A stretch of DNA of 64,000 nucleotides from Styela clava (taxonomy: Eukaryota). The notes under the pieces are model-generated. The model had not been told where the DNA came from, did no database searches, and saw only the letters and a list, made by a program, of their open reading frames with translations. The DNA is taken from assembly GCF_964204865.1 (NCBI RefSeq), contig NC_135263.1:15624001-15688000 (forward strand), in the 5' to 3' direction. This document shows positions 43,697 through 58,421 of this stretch, piece after piece (the first letter of the stretch is position 1; each line of letters starts with the position of its first letter). A program made the position numbers and the translations under genes.

Positions 43697-45145
43697 CATA
43701 TAGGTAAGTAAACACAAATTTTATAGTATCAGCGTGTGTAATCATATGGTATGCGGTGGTAGCCTAATTCACGAGAATAGCCACGATAAATGTCTCTTGC
43801 ATTTGTCGTCTGCGATTGTCCTTTCTCGAAGGTGATGTCGCTTGTTCCTAGGTAAGTAAAATGTACCTTGTTATATAAATTGATTAATAAAAAACCTAAA
43901 CCCGAAGTCAGATCTCATATCTATGCTGGGTAAGGTATCTAATTCCCAAATATTCATTACATAGTGTCTAAAATACATCCCACATATAATATATTATTTA
44001 CCCCACTTCCACACTTCTGCTATAGGGATCGTTTTTGGCGCAAGTTTTGTTCGGTCGACAGTACGAAAGAGAACGTTATTGGAACATCGCTGAAGGATAA
44101 CAATGCCACCGATACTGTCCAAGCGTGTCTGCGTGTAAATATAGATGACTCAACTATCTTCATCTCCACAACATGCCACAGGTATCCATAGCACAACCTT
44201 TCAAGAAAATTTGACCAAGGTCATGCGCACTCGCTCCAAAAAAGGAGACTGATTGACGAGAGACTTTTGAGCAGCTCCACGAAAACACCGAATTTCTTGG
44301 CAAACAGTTGAGAGCATAACAGTTTGAAAACAGATATTTCCTGACCGAACTTTCAGCTCAATGGAGAGTAAGAAAAATCTTTTATTTTATGATATATTAA
44401 GCATGTGTAATCACGTTGTGTGCACATACATATAAAAACATGGCTAAAAATTCCGCTTGTGATAAAATTGCTGGCCATCAGTTGACAAGTGTTTAAAATT
44501 CATGGTTGCCATTTTTATCAAATGCATAGTCCAAATAAAATTTTAACGATAGTAGCATTCCATCAGGATAAAAAAAAACATTCAAATGGATCTTTCAAAC
44601 TTTCCTAGATCAAAAGGGAATCAATTTAAAGCAATCCCTGCCTTCAAACTCCTGCCTGGCAATACTATGGTGATTAAAAGGAAGATACAAAAGATTTAAT
44701 TTGAAATTTTAAGATGACACCCCCAAGACTTTTATAAATATTCAACCGGCAGAAATAACTTAGAAGTTAGTCGTACAAATTTAAAACAAAACTAAAATCT
44801 GAAGCGACAAACATTCATGATAAGCACACAACCATAACAAAAATGCAAGAAATTAGCATCCAAGCATGATAAACACTTAATCTAAAAAATCACATTGTGT
44901 ACTTGAGCAAACCAACTACCGCACTTTGACAATAAGTAACATAGATATGACTGGTACCAGTAAGCCAATTTTCGAAAAAATGTTAACACAGTAGTTTGTA
45001 GTTGATGTTGTTTCTTGACGCCATTCTCATGCCATATTAGACAAAATTAAACAGCTTTTGATGGGATATGTTTGATTCATATTTTATATGAATCCAGAAT
45101 CCCAAGCTGTAAGTAGCATACTATCAAGTCTGGTCTTGAATCACA

Positions 45146-48100
45146 CTACAGTGTAGGATGTTTACTATCAAGATCAACAGAGTTGTCAAACTTTCGGTTT
45201 TGACCAGGTCCTCGCTTTTGCTGTTGGTGTAATTTCATTATTCGAGAGCATTTTGTGCAACATGTTCCAGTACCAGAGTATAATATCTGTCCCAGAAAAG
45301 AAATTAAGACTGTAAAATAGTATCGTAAATATGGAGATTTGAAATCATTTAGTCTCCTTTTACCAGTGAAAAAAGCTTGACAATGACTTAACAGAAGCCT
45401 ATTACAATCGTGCTTTCAAAGAAAAAAAATGAATATTTTTAATGAATTATAACATGCTGTATTAATTAATCCATATTGTTACCTGACAATTCACAGCCCG
45501 TTGTCTTATGTCTTCTCCTGGGCCTTCCCTAGATGACCAGACTTCAAACTTACTGACTAAAATTCCATGAATATACAAGTCGCTGATGCATGGTGCAGGG
45601 AAACCCATGCACATTTTTGCTTCTGCCAATACACGGAACACCTGTGGAAAAACATCATTTATTAGAGCAATTCACAAAATAACCTCTGAAATGGTTCTGG
45701 GTTAGGATATACGATAGTTCACCTTGCTCAAACTAGAAGAAGTTTTCTCCAAATCTGTAATGCCACCCAGGTCATTGGGATACACTCTTCGTCCAAGAGC
45801 ATGAATGACAACAGTCCAATCATCGTAAATCTTAATTTCCCTCAACGCTCTTTGTCCATTTACAAGCCATTGACCAGAAAATAGAAACCATTCTACAAAT
45901 TTAGCGGATCTTCCTCCATCAATTTCATTGTTTCTTCGATTACTGCAAGATGTGCTGGATGATTTCAGCCAGCCATATCTTTGAGCTGCAAAATTCTATG
46001 AACAAAGTAGTGTTATTTCAATACCAATTTAGGAAAACTTGAAATATCCTTCCATTGCAATATGTTACCATTTCTACTAGTACACAAACATGCACAGAGA
46101 AAACAAGCAAGATTGAACATGAATTGCCTTCATCAAGGCCTATCATATATTTTACCTTTATGCAATTCTACACTATACTGAAAATTTGTATTTTTCTTAC
46201 CTGAAGAGAGTTCCAAGTGATTGGAATATCATTATTATAACTTCCACCCACATCCACATATGCCCTTTTGGTAGCAGTGCTGCTATCAGCCTTTGGAATT
46301 ATCAATGGTTTTTTGATTGAATCAGCAGAATGGCGCCGACCATTGCTCCCAATAACAACAGTTTTACCTTGTAGATTTTTTTGAATTTTCAGTGTTATTA
46401 AAGATTCTGGCTTATAATGTATCGTTTGAGATGTGGGAGGCTTTGACAGAACAGTCTGTATGCTTGTTTTCGTAGCGATTGGTTTGGAAAGGTTTAATAT
46501 TCCCGATGGAGTGGAAAATTCAGATGTAGTTTCAGATTTTCCCATTACAGTCAGTTTCTGTGGCTCAGTCTGAATAACATCAGAGACTTGCACTTCACGT
46601 TTGATACTGAGATCCAAACCATTCGATAAATTAATATCTGTTTTTGTCTGTCCATCTGCTTGATCAGAGTCCAATGTAGCACATAGACGAAGCCTCTTTG
46701 ATGCCCAACAATCATCCCCAGTTGTTTGAAATTCAGTAGATTGTGCAGCATCAGTGTTACTGCTCATAGTGATACTTGCTTGACTGAAAACTATGCCAGA
46801 TGATGGATTCGTTAGCATCTTTCTATTATCAGGATTTTGGCTAGTACAGCTTGCTACGTAATTCTTCAAATTTACATTGAACCTCTTTAACGATCTTGAA
46901 TCGTCTGAATGTTGGGATGTTTTTGCAAAGGGAGCGAAAAGATCACGCTCAAGCTCCATTGGAGCGCCAGTCATTTCACTATTTTCAGGGGGAACTGAAT
47001 TTTTATTATACAACACAATTTGGGTTTTATTGGGTGAGTTCTCATTCATTTGAGGAGAGTTTGAATCTTGGGTCGGAATTACAGTAGGGCTTCGGCTTAT
47101 CACAAGTTTGCTTCCATCCACACGAGATACACTGTGGTAGAAATTAGGTTTCGACTTGAACAAAGAGCTTGGTACCATTGATAAAGGATTGTGAGACATA
47201 TTTGCTCTCTCGTCATTCCAGCTTGACAACTGGCTGCGCATATTGCTATCAAAAATTGAAGTACTGAAAGCTGCAGCAGAACGTCTAAGTGTCGGCATCA
47301 ACATTTTCTTTCCTTCTTCGCTATCACTATCTACATCAATTGGCTTTATATTCAAATAAACCCATTCACGTTTTCCACCTTTAAATGACCTTGAAAATAC
47401 AAACATACTTGTTTTAACGAAATACTTAGATGAAATTACGAAATGGAGACCTCACAAAGAAATTTGAAAACTTTTAGAAAAGGCTGCATAAAATGAGCAG
47501 TGATGTATAAGCAGTTTAAATTTGGCAAATAAAGTCATCGAAATGGAAAATCCAATTCATTTACAATAATATTAATATACACATAATTTTTTACTTACTT
47601 TCTTAGATGCCTAACTGATGGAAAAACATGCTTCATTACTCTTCCAACTTGACTAAGGTATTTGACCATTTCATCTCTACCATGATTATATTGCCTCAAT
47701 AAATCCATGCTCTTCACATAATAACCTGGTTTGAATTTATAATTTTCCTGCAACCTGTTGAATATTATAACCAAATTTTATTATTTGTGCAATCCACATA
47801 TTTTCAGTTGGTATAATGAGTGGCAAATGAATATAAGATTAATTCATGCAATTGCAATCCATGTGGTCAATGTAGGCTCTCGTAATATAAAAAGAATATT
47901 GGTTCGCCACATGGAAGCCAACATTGAATAAAATTTTACAGATGTTATGGATCAAAAATGTGGATATTATCTACATATCATTACATACATATTGCACACC
48001 ATAGTTATAGTAAGTAGCATATCTTAATCGATCTGTGAATCTAGACTTGAATACAGATATGGTCATTTTTGATGACAAGAGTACATGTCTTTGGTTGTTT

Positions 48101-51100
48101 AGATTCTTATACTTACCATTCCATAACTTCACTGTCTCTCTTTTTTTTAGGTTGCAAACCATCATCGGCGATATTTCTGTGGCCCATTTCTAAATATGAT
48201 TGTTCTTTCTTTTCATCTGCATTGAAAAGTTCTTTTATTCCAAAAGATGTGGGTGAATCAGCTTCAGTTTTGATTCCATTGCCCAACAGTTCAAGCAAAA
48301 TGGTGTTGCTTTTCTGTTTGTTCTCTGCATCAACACCTTGACTGTCTTCCTCCATACTTATAGGACTGGGACTGTTTGAATCTTCATAATTTGACATTGG
48401 AGAATCTGAAGCCCTGTAAATTATTTTATATTCCATTATATTATACCAAGGTTGCTTCCACAGGCCAATACGAAGCTATATATCAGGAGTGGGCAAGGTT
48501 TTCTGATCATGTCCCAAACATTTTGTCTACCTAGGCTAGCGGGCCATCTAAGTGTGATGTAAAAAGTTCGAAATGAACGATATTTACAGTGTTCCAAAAG
48601 CAAAAGTGGATAACAATGAGCCTCGTGTCAAAATTGAATTTAACCGCAATCTCACCAAGTTCCTTGGGCTATTTTTTTTTGTGAAACGTGACACTTTGGA
48701 TTTTAGTTTGGTTTTGGCAGTATCAGGTGGGCCAGATTGAATTACCCAACGAGTCTGATTTGGCCAGCGGGCTGTAGTTTGCCCATGTCAGCTATATATA
48801 GATCAGTTTCAAGAGTTTAATTTGCAGTTCAGGATTGTGAAGGTGAACACTCAATCGCTCAGCTGATGCTTTTTTAAGAAATGCTTCAAATATTTGGCAA
48901 CATACCACAAATTAGGTATGTATCTAATCTATGTATTGTGGCAGACTGGCAGCACACAGTTTTTGAACCTATCAGTTTCAAATTTTAGACACAGACAAAC
49001 CAGCAGCGTTAATTTGACTTAATATGACTTCGGATGAATCTCAAAATTCTCACACAAATAAATAAAAAAACAAGACTTCACCTGCAATTGTCATCTACTG
49101 AAAGATCCACTCCAGAAATCCCATTTTCTGTAAACAAATATATTAAGTGATAAACATTCAAATACTCATTCAATATACTTGATTTGAAAATAAGTGAGTT
49201 ATGTTTTTCGAATTATTTAATTCACATGACATTTAACTTCTAAACAGAGGCAAAATCCTATGGTCGAGTGCAGCAAAATAACATATTTTAATAACCTATC
49301 TTAATTTATTATTTTTATTTATCCTCACTTTTTAAATAATTTTCAAAAATAAATTGAGGTTTAAAAACATCAATGATAAACAGATTTACAAATGACAACT
49401 TTCAATTTGTTGATTTTCCTTGCCCATATTACTTAACTTTTAAATGGTTTGAATTATAGTTTCTTATTAATGACTCACAACCAGTTTCACGCACATACCT
49501 GGGCTTTCTACGTCCAATGAAAATTTTTGCTCCTCAAACAGATCAGCTGGTGGATTTTCACGAAGATTAAGATGCCTATAAATCCACAATCTCTTGCTGT
49601 TGACAGTGATCTTTGCACGAGATATATTTGGAAACACTCGTCGTAGAAGCTGACCAACCTGAATTGTATGTGAACTATGATGAGATGGTATAAATTAAAT
49701 GAAAATCAACTAAAAGTGTTTGAAATACATTTTCATTACTATTTAATCAAGTGTCATCTGCCCCCCATTTGTATACACTAGGAATATTTCTATAATTTGT
49801 ATGCATCAATGAATTTGATGTTTTAAATAACTGGGGAAGATAATCATTTAAATGTTGACTTCTACTGTTAACTATTAGGTTTAGTAGTTGCATGCATTTA
49901 CTATCACAAACGATTACTATAAAGAGCGCAAACTGCTACCTGATAATTCTGTAGTCCAGGTGGTGGATCTGGAAGGTCTTTTGTATCAGATTGGTACAAT
50001 AATATAATATCAGATGCAGATATTCTGCCTCCTGGTCTAAGTTGGAAACGGTTTTTCATCCTGAAATTTACAAAAAAATATTTGGAAATGGAGGTCAAAA
50101 TAAGTATTCTTTCTACAGTAAGTAATAAAATTTATAGACGAATAGAATAGCATTGGCTTTCCAATTCAGTTAAACCTACTGTGGAACTTTGTTACAACAT
50201 GATATTTTTCCTGAAACAAAATATTTAGCAGGGAATAGTTTTGCATTCTCTGGTGTACTGATTTATAATGCATACCATATCATCACTTTGGGGTTCAGCA
50301 TTCCGGGTGACGTACTTTTCGGTCTTTTGATTTCCATTGGTGACGTTTTTGGAGTAAATCTACCCAAGGTAGATTTGGAAGCTCGCATTGAATAAACTAA
50401 ACTAGCGCGACTTGATTGCTTAGGCAAGGATGGGCGGAAAGTAGGCAAATGCATTGGTTCTAAATTGGGTTTGTCGGTCGATTTCTGATTTCCATGCTGT
50501 TTGTCGCTGTGGCCGTCGAGTTCAACGCCGTTATCCAATGGGATGAATGTATTGTCCACCGGCTCAAATTTATTACTCTCGTTAAACGCGGAAAATCTTG
50601 CAGTCGGTGTCGCTGTTATAGGTGAATCATGTGACAAAGTTTCCATCTGTGATGTCTGCTGGTTTTCGCATTTTTCAAACAATGTGGCTTCTTGAACTGC
50701 GGCAGATGTTTCGCCGATATCATGAGGATCTGAAGATGGCGAGTCGGCTAGACGGGCTGAATGATCTACGTCGACATCTCCAATAGCATCTGATACAGAA
50801 TTAGCAAATGATCAAAAAAGGATTGTCAGTAGAATCATTTCATACGATAACAATTTTGTTAATTTATGATAGAAATTACACGTTTAGAATCATTGTCGGT
50901 AACGGCGGGGAACAAATTCAATATAGTGGCGTAACAATGGTTCAATACAGGTTTGTGCAACCTTTAATACAGGTGGGCCAGATAAAATATCTGGGTGGAA
51001 CCGCGGGTCGCACCTTCATATAGGCTACCTAGTAGTTTAATTAAGACACAAAAAAATATTGGTTATTGATCTTATGACATGCGTGTTTCGCACAAGCTAG

Positions 51101-52210
51101 CTGTTAAGGCATTGTAAAGTCATAGACATATATAAACATAGGTATAGCTTCGCAACGCAAAAGATTGGAATTACTCGCAGGTACCAAATTGAATTAAATT
51201 AAAAACTTGTTTCGCGGGGCGCACATCATTCAAAATTGGCACTTCTCCGCGGGTCACATTTGGCCCTCGGGCCGCAGGTTGCACACCCCTGGTTTAGTAG
51301 ATAGATATCGGTGATGGCCGGTTGTCGCCCGTTCAATAACCAAATTTCAATATCGTGTCTATGAACTTTGCGTCTTTCGTCTAAAGACACATGGGACATT
51401 CGATCGTGGCTCAAATATCGACCCAATTCAATCCCATCGAGGGTATTGGAGCAAAATGCATAAGCCTAGCACATGATTTCTGTCTTTGTGCGAATGTTAC
51501 ACGTAAATAATTTTCGTTCCGATACCTGGGCTTATTAACAGAGATGGACAGCGCACAATATATTAATTATTATATCGCAAATCAAGTTACTCGTGGAAAA
51601 TATAGACTATAACTTCTAAAAAATGCAGCGTTGAGGTTGCAATTAAATCAAACGTAGCCACAGCAGCGGGCAACAAACCTGTTTTTACAAGTTCAAAACG
51701 AGACATGCGGTATCACGAGCATTAACAAAAAGCGAAATTTACTGTTTTTTTTGTGTAAATCCACACGTCGTGAGTTGCGACCAAATTTTGGGCTCGCCTC
51801 AAGATAAGCTATTGATTACCAAGCAGTGTGAAACTGACCCAAAAGTAATTAGCCAAACTAAAAATATAAGCTTGAATGAGACTCTAATAATTTACTGCAA
51901 ACTATCCGACATTCACGTGAAGCGCGACTGAATGGGTTAATCTTTGCGGTGCTATACGCATAAAAAATTGTAGTTATAATAAAACCAGTACTGCAGTAGA
52001 TTTAGGTCTACGCAATAATTCCTGCACGGAGACAACTTCAATATATCACGTGACTTCGCAAATTATGTAGCGGTTAGTAATACGATGCATAGTCTTTTTC
52101 AGTACACAATTTAAATATTTTTATGAATATTGTGATGAAGAAATGAAATACTCACTGTTGTCTTCGCCTTCAGTAACTTGACGAGGATTTGGATTCTTTA
52201 AACGTGGCAT
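45146..52210 (-). CDS. Uncharacterised nuclear protein, about 1036 aa, with two RFX-like winged-helix domains and a C-terminal Cys-rich domain; exons 52210-52156, 50789-50276, 50060-49940, 49658-49499, 49127-49082, 48413-48117, 47754-47599, 47389-46201, 45995-45723, 45641-45483, 45286-45146
   Basis: Exons join in phase into 3111 nt. Domain 1 reads VMIWMKNRFQ...VGQLLRRVFPNISRAKITVNSKRLWIYRHL and domain 2 reads VMEWLQENYK...VGRVMKHVFPSVRHLRKSFKGGKREWVYLNI. Both follow the RFX-type W-L-x-x-N-Y ... G-x-x-x-x-x-V-F-P ... Y-x-x-I pattern. The last acceptor choice (45286) is the least certain. Confidence 0.8.
48484..48791. mobile_element. hAT MITE
   Basis: Ends caggagtgggcaa / ttgcccatgtcag; perfect 8-bp TSD ctatatat. 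Confidence 0.8.
50948..51291. mobile_element. hAT MITE of the same family as 25450-26202
   Basis: Ends caggtttgtgcaacc / ggttgcacacccctg; degenerate TSD gttcaata / gtttagta. Confidence 0.7.
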
Positions 52211-55200
52211 ACCAAAAGTTATATATATTATTTATTTCTAAGATTATACCATATGCAGGTGTATACTGGTTATCATGAGGCAAAATATAAAATCAAAAAA
52301 GTAAGATTTAGAACAGCATATTGTAACAGGATAACCTCGAAACGCCTGAGACGCACAACGCGAATTCAGAACATGTGGGACAGGAAGGTGTAAGATTGTA
52401 CATAGTGTAACGATGCGCGATTAGGCTAACAGGCAGGGCACCGTCATCCGTGTCTTGGCATAAGTGGCAGCGCATGTGTGCGCAACACACACACAAAATA
52501 GGTGCAAGCCATTCTTCATAATCGACGCAGTCTCGAACGCCGTATGTAGTCATTCGTGGTGCTAGCCGAAAGCCTGGACTGTTGAGCAAAGATTACACCG
52601 AAACCGTGCCCGATTTGATTTCATTTGCTTGGCCGTGTTATCAATACTAGCCATGTGTCATCTTGCTGTGTTGTACGAGTTCCAAATTCAGGCGAATGTG
52701 TGCATAGTCATTATATGACTACCAAAATATGTTGGTAAGCGCAATGGAATATATCCCGACCGAATTCGCCGTCATCTCGTCTATCGCAAGAACATTTTAA
52801 ACATGACCTGATTAATTTCGGAAGTGGTGGTGAATGTCGAAACCATAGCAAATTGACCGCTCATGTGTTGGTTTTTCTAATTTCTGGAATAAAAATAAAG
52901 GCTAACGCCGCCCCGTCCTACGATAAACGTTTTGGGCTTTTTCTAGAATAGTTCAGCGATTCGGAGAGTATAGGAAAAAATAAAAAGGCCAATTTTAAAT
53001 ACAGGTTATCAGAGGATTTTCAATGGCCCGGAAGCGATCATGCGGTAACGGACTCGACGGCCGTTGTCTACGCCGAACTACAAACCACGCTATTGCAAAA
53101 ATACCCAGCGGGGTTGTTTCTTTGTTTACGACTGGAATATCGACCCCTCGTTAGGTCGGCTTGAGCCATTCGTGCTGATATGAGGTCGATCGATTAAATT
53201 AATTACGATTCGCTGGCGCGATTAGTAATTATCACCTGTGAATATTTCGCGCGAAACTTAATTGTGCTATTTCGAAAAGCAAATAGATACTCGATTATTG
53301 CGAGGTTTAAATTTCTCACTGGTCAATGACGGAGACGAAACAACAAACATAGACACATAGAAGTCTGGGGAAATATACATTAAATCATCGCCCCAGAGCA
53401 ACATTTGCTCGATGCTACTCTGTATTATGTCAACATCTCTGCCGTTGTACTGGCGCAGAATATGGCCCTTGAAAACCTTGGTAAATCATGATTCATCTAC
53501 AGTTATCCAGCCAGCCGTCTGACAAATTCCAGACAAATTACTATCTTATGGGTGGTTAAACCATAAAGCACGTACCCGCCTTCGTGACGTTATGAAAATC
53601 CCGCCGTTGCGCCAGAAAATTTCCGCTTTCGCCAGTTTCGCTTAGGGGCAGATTCAAAAGCAAACCAGACAAGCTTTATCTGTCCCATCCGATAAACAAT
53701 ACTTCTAGTGCTGATTACTTATTTACAATGTGTGTCCCAGAGCCTCACAGTTATATTCAATGTTTATCCATTTTTGCCTGATCAATTATACACAAAGTTC
53801 ACCGACGTATTTTCAAAATACCGCCTCGATTTTAACTCTGCCATGCCTGCCCAATAACATTTCTTTCAAAGGTTTTTACCGTGCTTCTGTCTGACAAGGC
53901 AACTATTTTGTTGCCAAAGGCCATCTACGTGTCACCGGATACACGCGACGCCTCAGAGCGCACTCTAAAATGGTACAGTCAACCAGTGTCCCAGACATAT
54001 TCGCTCGCTCCCTTTTTCCCTCGAGTCGTTTATCTTTTGAAATACGATTTAGCATCTCGCAACGACGAAGCCTGGTACTTCACGCGAATCGCGCACAGCT
54101 GTCTCGGCCATCTGGTTCGTGCCTTGAATACAACGGTTTATGCAGTCCAGGCCCTCTTCTCTCCGATATGACGTTCTGTTTTGTGGCTTGGACGAGTGGG
54201 AGAACGTCTGACGTTTCAAAAAGAAACAGACGCGACGAGTTTTGAATCGGTCAGGCCATCAGGTTCTTCGCAAGAGTATGCACATGCAGATCAGTGGTAA
54301 TAAATTATTTTGCCGCTAGAAAGACAAAAATGGTGAACTGTCGTATGGCGTGTAGACATTTATGCTTGCAAACATTCTTTTCAAAAACGTATATTTTCAT
54401 CATCGAACATTATACATAACAAGATTTAGCGTCCAATAAAAAGCGCGACGAAAAAAAAAATTCTCATTTTGGCAAGAAAATATCATGGCAGCGCGGCACA
54501 TACCCGATTTCTGCCACCGTTTGGACTGACATACATTAGGTTTATTATTGAATTTATTGTACTTGAAAATGTAGATCAGTCGGTAATACTAGTTAGAGGT
54601 GTATTTAGTTTCAAATGTTATTTAAAATGTTTTATTTTAGGTTTATTCTTGCGTAGCTTCATTAAAATTATTGGCATATCAAAAGTGATGGACTGCGACA
54701 TTTGTCTCCTCATTCGGAATCCAAAATGGTCACAAGTACACACATACAGCCTTGCGAAGTAAAGGGAATTTAATAATAAATGGGTAACAACTTGAATTTT
54801 ATATTTGTGAATACGTAACTGAACAAAATTTACGTTAAAGGAAACTGATGAAATGAACAACTTGAAATAGTTAACATGCCTCAATTTATAGATGTGTGTA
54901 TATGTAATTAGGTTCACCGTGCAAGGTCCAGCTGAATACTGAATATATATGACTGCTCGTGCTCAGGAATGAAACGTACGCGTTTCCCCCGCAGTGTACA
55001 TGCGGTCACGAATATTGATGACTCGAGCTGAAATACGAGTTGTTGTAACCATGTTATAATAGGTCTGTAGCTCCTTAATGCGGATATGCGAATTGTTCTG
55101 ACGTGCATTAAAAGAGCTCTCGCACAAGGTGGTGACGAGAGGCTCAGTATTATGTTATTATCAATAGTACAAAAGATAGATTTAACGTTTTAAATATATT

Positions 55201-56977
55201 ATCTGTGTGATAATGCTAACGGATATGTACCAGACTTTATGCTTATTTGTATAGCTATAGAAATCATCATCATGAATATCCACATTGGGTATAAACTGCT
55301 GCAGTAAGCTTTAACATCGAAGGGTTCACGTAGATTAGAATTGGGGGAATAGGAATTTCAATGAACACACTTTAACCAACCATGATTGGCCCGTTTATCA
55401 TAGAAACAAGAAATGGTCACCTGTTGGTGTCAAATGCGCGGCTTTGAAGATGGGATGTCACGAAAAACCCTTGTGGTGAATTATATTCTATGTAATTTGT
55501 TAATCAAAACTTTTTTAAAAGTTTTGTCATTCACCGCTTATATAAAGTGGAATTTATTTGTGAGACTCGAATTTTCAAAAGTCATCCCTGCGTAAATCGA
55601 TCACAAATTAGTATGGTCCGCTGATGACGTAGTATTGTGAACTCGTGGGCGTAATTTTTATCAGGTTTGAGGCATCTAGTGCGCTCCTTGTTCTTTTTGG
55701 ACACGGATTGGACCTATGGATCGTTTTGGTATTATGTTGCGCATTTGGCAACTCGCCACGATGAACCCATTGGATACCGCTCCATTACACCGTTTTTCAT
55801 TATCAATTTTACCCTTTCATTTTTTGCTGTTCCGCGAGGCGAGATAATAAGTGTAAGTGTTCCGTGGCCGAAGAAGTTTGGGAAACGCTAATCTATATAG
55901 AATATATACTCAATGTGGGCGGCTCTATGTCCGCTCCTCTGATACTGCAATCAGACCTTTTGTAACATTGTATATAGATTATAGACTATAAAGTATATTG
56001 GAATCAGCCTATATATATATATTATATATCCATATATATTATATTCGAATGCCTAGTCGATGTGTAGTTGCAGAATTCACAGTGACAACATATGAATTCA
56101 TTAGGCATCAAACAATATGAAAACAATGAGTCTAATTTGTTCAACTAACCCTTTCTGATTTTCCCCACAGAAGACTCCACAGCCCAAAACAACAATACCG
56201 GACTCAGTTTGTCAAATCAAGTTTATATTTATTTTTATCATTTTCTGGTCTATGACTTTGAACCAAGCGAGTACACGTTTTTGGATCTCCGCTCTAGGAG
56301 ACCCTTATTCTCAGTTGTTCAATCCGTTTGTTTGTCTGATTTTCGAAGCTGTAGCCTCCAACGGGCTGGATCGATTTATATGAGATTTCACGCGTGGGTT
56401 ATCCTGTTACCTTAGTAATGTGCGTTTTATCGAAAGTCCAGATTGAAGTTTCGTTTCCATGGGCGCAGCGAAAAAACTAGCCGTTCGTTGGAAAATTTAC
56501 GTTTTCCCCGAAACGTATCGCCATTTTCTCGTCAACTAAGTCGAAAATTGAGATTCCAACAAACTTTCGGAGAAGAAAACACTCTTTCGAACGAGTCATC
56601 TCCAGTATTACCACGCACGCAAGGTTGCCGACGATACGCATGGCTCAACGAAGTCAGTCTCAGTAACAAGCTGACTGTGGTACGCTAGCGCAATATGCAA
56701 TTTTGTGTACTCCCGTAGCATGTGAACCAAGATTGCGGACCAAAATTTTAAAACAATTGGTCCAGTATTCGAAGAGAAAAGCGATTCTTTTTCATAACGA
56801 TAAAATTCTATGACAAAGAACAACAACATATTAACAAAACTATCCATAGATCAACTTCCTGTCTAATTTTGAGGTCAAGGTGTAGCAGTTCATGAGAGCT
56901 GGACTGTGTTGTTGATAGCAGCGTGAGCGGGGAAAACATTAGTATACACATGAAGAAATAAAATTGACATGTAGGAG

Positions 56978-57300
56978 CAGTGGCGTAACAACGCAATGTG
57001 GCGCCCCTGGATCTTTTCGCGAAATGCCGCCTCCTCAATACCGTCGTAAAAGCTGAATAAAATTCCACACAACAGAAGAATTAAAGCATTAAATATTAAA
57101 TTTTATCGAAAGTTTCAAATTCAATGTCTAGTTTTAATTGAAGCAAATTCAGAAATTATATCGTCAACGGATAATGTTTCGACTAAATCACTTTCAATGG
57201 GCAGCATTGCTGGCACAGACAGCCTTTGCTGTTCTCTCATAATCGATCTCGAGTAAAATTTTATCAACTTAGGTTTTGACTTCTTTATTCGCAGCTTGTG
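56978..57300 (-). pseudogene. hAT (Tip100/ZMYM1-like) transposon 3' remnant: TIR plus transposase C-terminus
   Basis: Minus-strand translation SKPKLIKFYSRSIMREQQRLSVPAMLPIESDLVETLSVDDIISEFASIKTRH* matches the hAT dimerisation-domain consensus SKLKLIKxYLRSTMxQxRLxxLAxLSIE...DDIIxEFA.xK.R. Terminus cagtggcgta at 56978. Confidence 0.8.
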
Positions 57301-58421
57301 AAAGAAACGGCAACAGTTAGATAAAGCTTGAGACTCATGAATAAATAAGGTGTTGATTTATATAAACGATGTTTGCAAACCACTGCAGGACGTCCAGTGG
57401 TTCTCATCCGGGTGCTCCCTACGGGGGCACGAAGCAGCTCGAGGGGGGCCACGACACAAGATTAATAATTTATTATGAAGCGACTTCGTTTGCATACTTT
57501 CCACGGCAGTTTCATTACCTGAATAGGATTATTCGCGATCACAGGGTGTATTCACTTTCTTGAGCGTGAATTATTTGATCATAATGGAATTTAAAATCTA
57601 CCAATGAAAATAGTTCGCCGGTAAGCCGTCTGGTCTCACCTACAAATGGCCGTTCCACCCGACTGCAAGATAATGAGACGACCACGTCTATAACTCTGTT
57701 TTATTCTGTTCGCCCATATTTATTCTTACCACTTGAGTCACTAGTGAACTACTGTGTAACTTTCTCTTGTAGCTGGTTTGTCAGACTGCCGGCAGTGTAG
57801 ATATTCCTCTGTATATTAGGTTATTATTATAGTGTTTTAATGCCGTAAATCTATGTAATTTTTGTTGTAAAATGATATTAGTAGTGCAGGTTTACTATTT
57901 CTCCAGTTTGGCATAGCTCTGTTCACTAGTTAGCTTGTATTTAACACTTCCGTAACTAGTCTATTTTCGCAGTTTATTTCCTGTGTGATTTCCATATTTC
58001 TATGCGTATTTCCATGTATATTACGTGTTTGTCGGTAAGATAGGATTTGTGTTGTATCTTTAGTGTCATACTAGTTATTCTTATGTATATCTAGGTATGT
58101 TTTACCCGGTTTTTCATATCCCATTATAAGTATATAGTTCATGACTGTGACGTCATAGACCAATTCCGTATCTTGTGTTACGTATGTATCCTACGGTATT
58201 TGTACTGGGTTTTTATTTGTTTATTGTATTTCTTATTGGAGTATTTGGTTGTATTAAGTTCTTACAGGTGTATAATTAATCTAGTTAGTTACTCTGCTGT
58301 GGTTGGAACCGCAAGAAGATTATTTTGTGATCGACATCTATTGCAACTTCAGTGTCCAAGAAGCTGGCAGAAAGAACCTGAGTGGTGATATCAATTTTGG
58401 TACGCCACATATACGAATTTT

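Noticed and set aside
52300-56700. Many 60-100 aa ORFs upstream of the wHTH gene
   Set aside because: They have no motifs or coherent exon chain, and many begin with non-ATG codons. The region is more consistent with UTR, regulatory or intergenic DNA.
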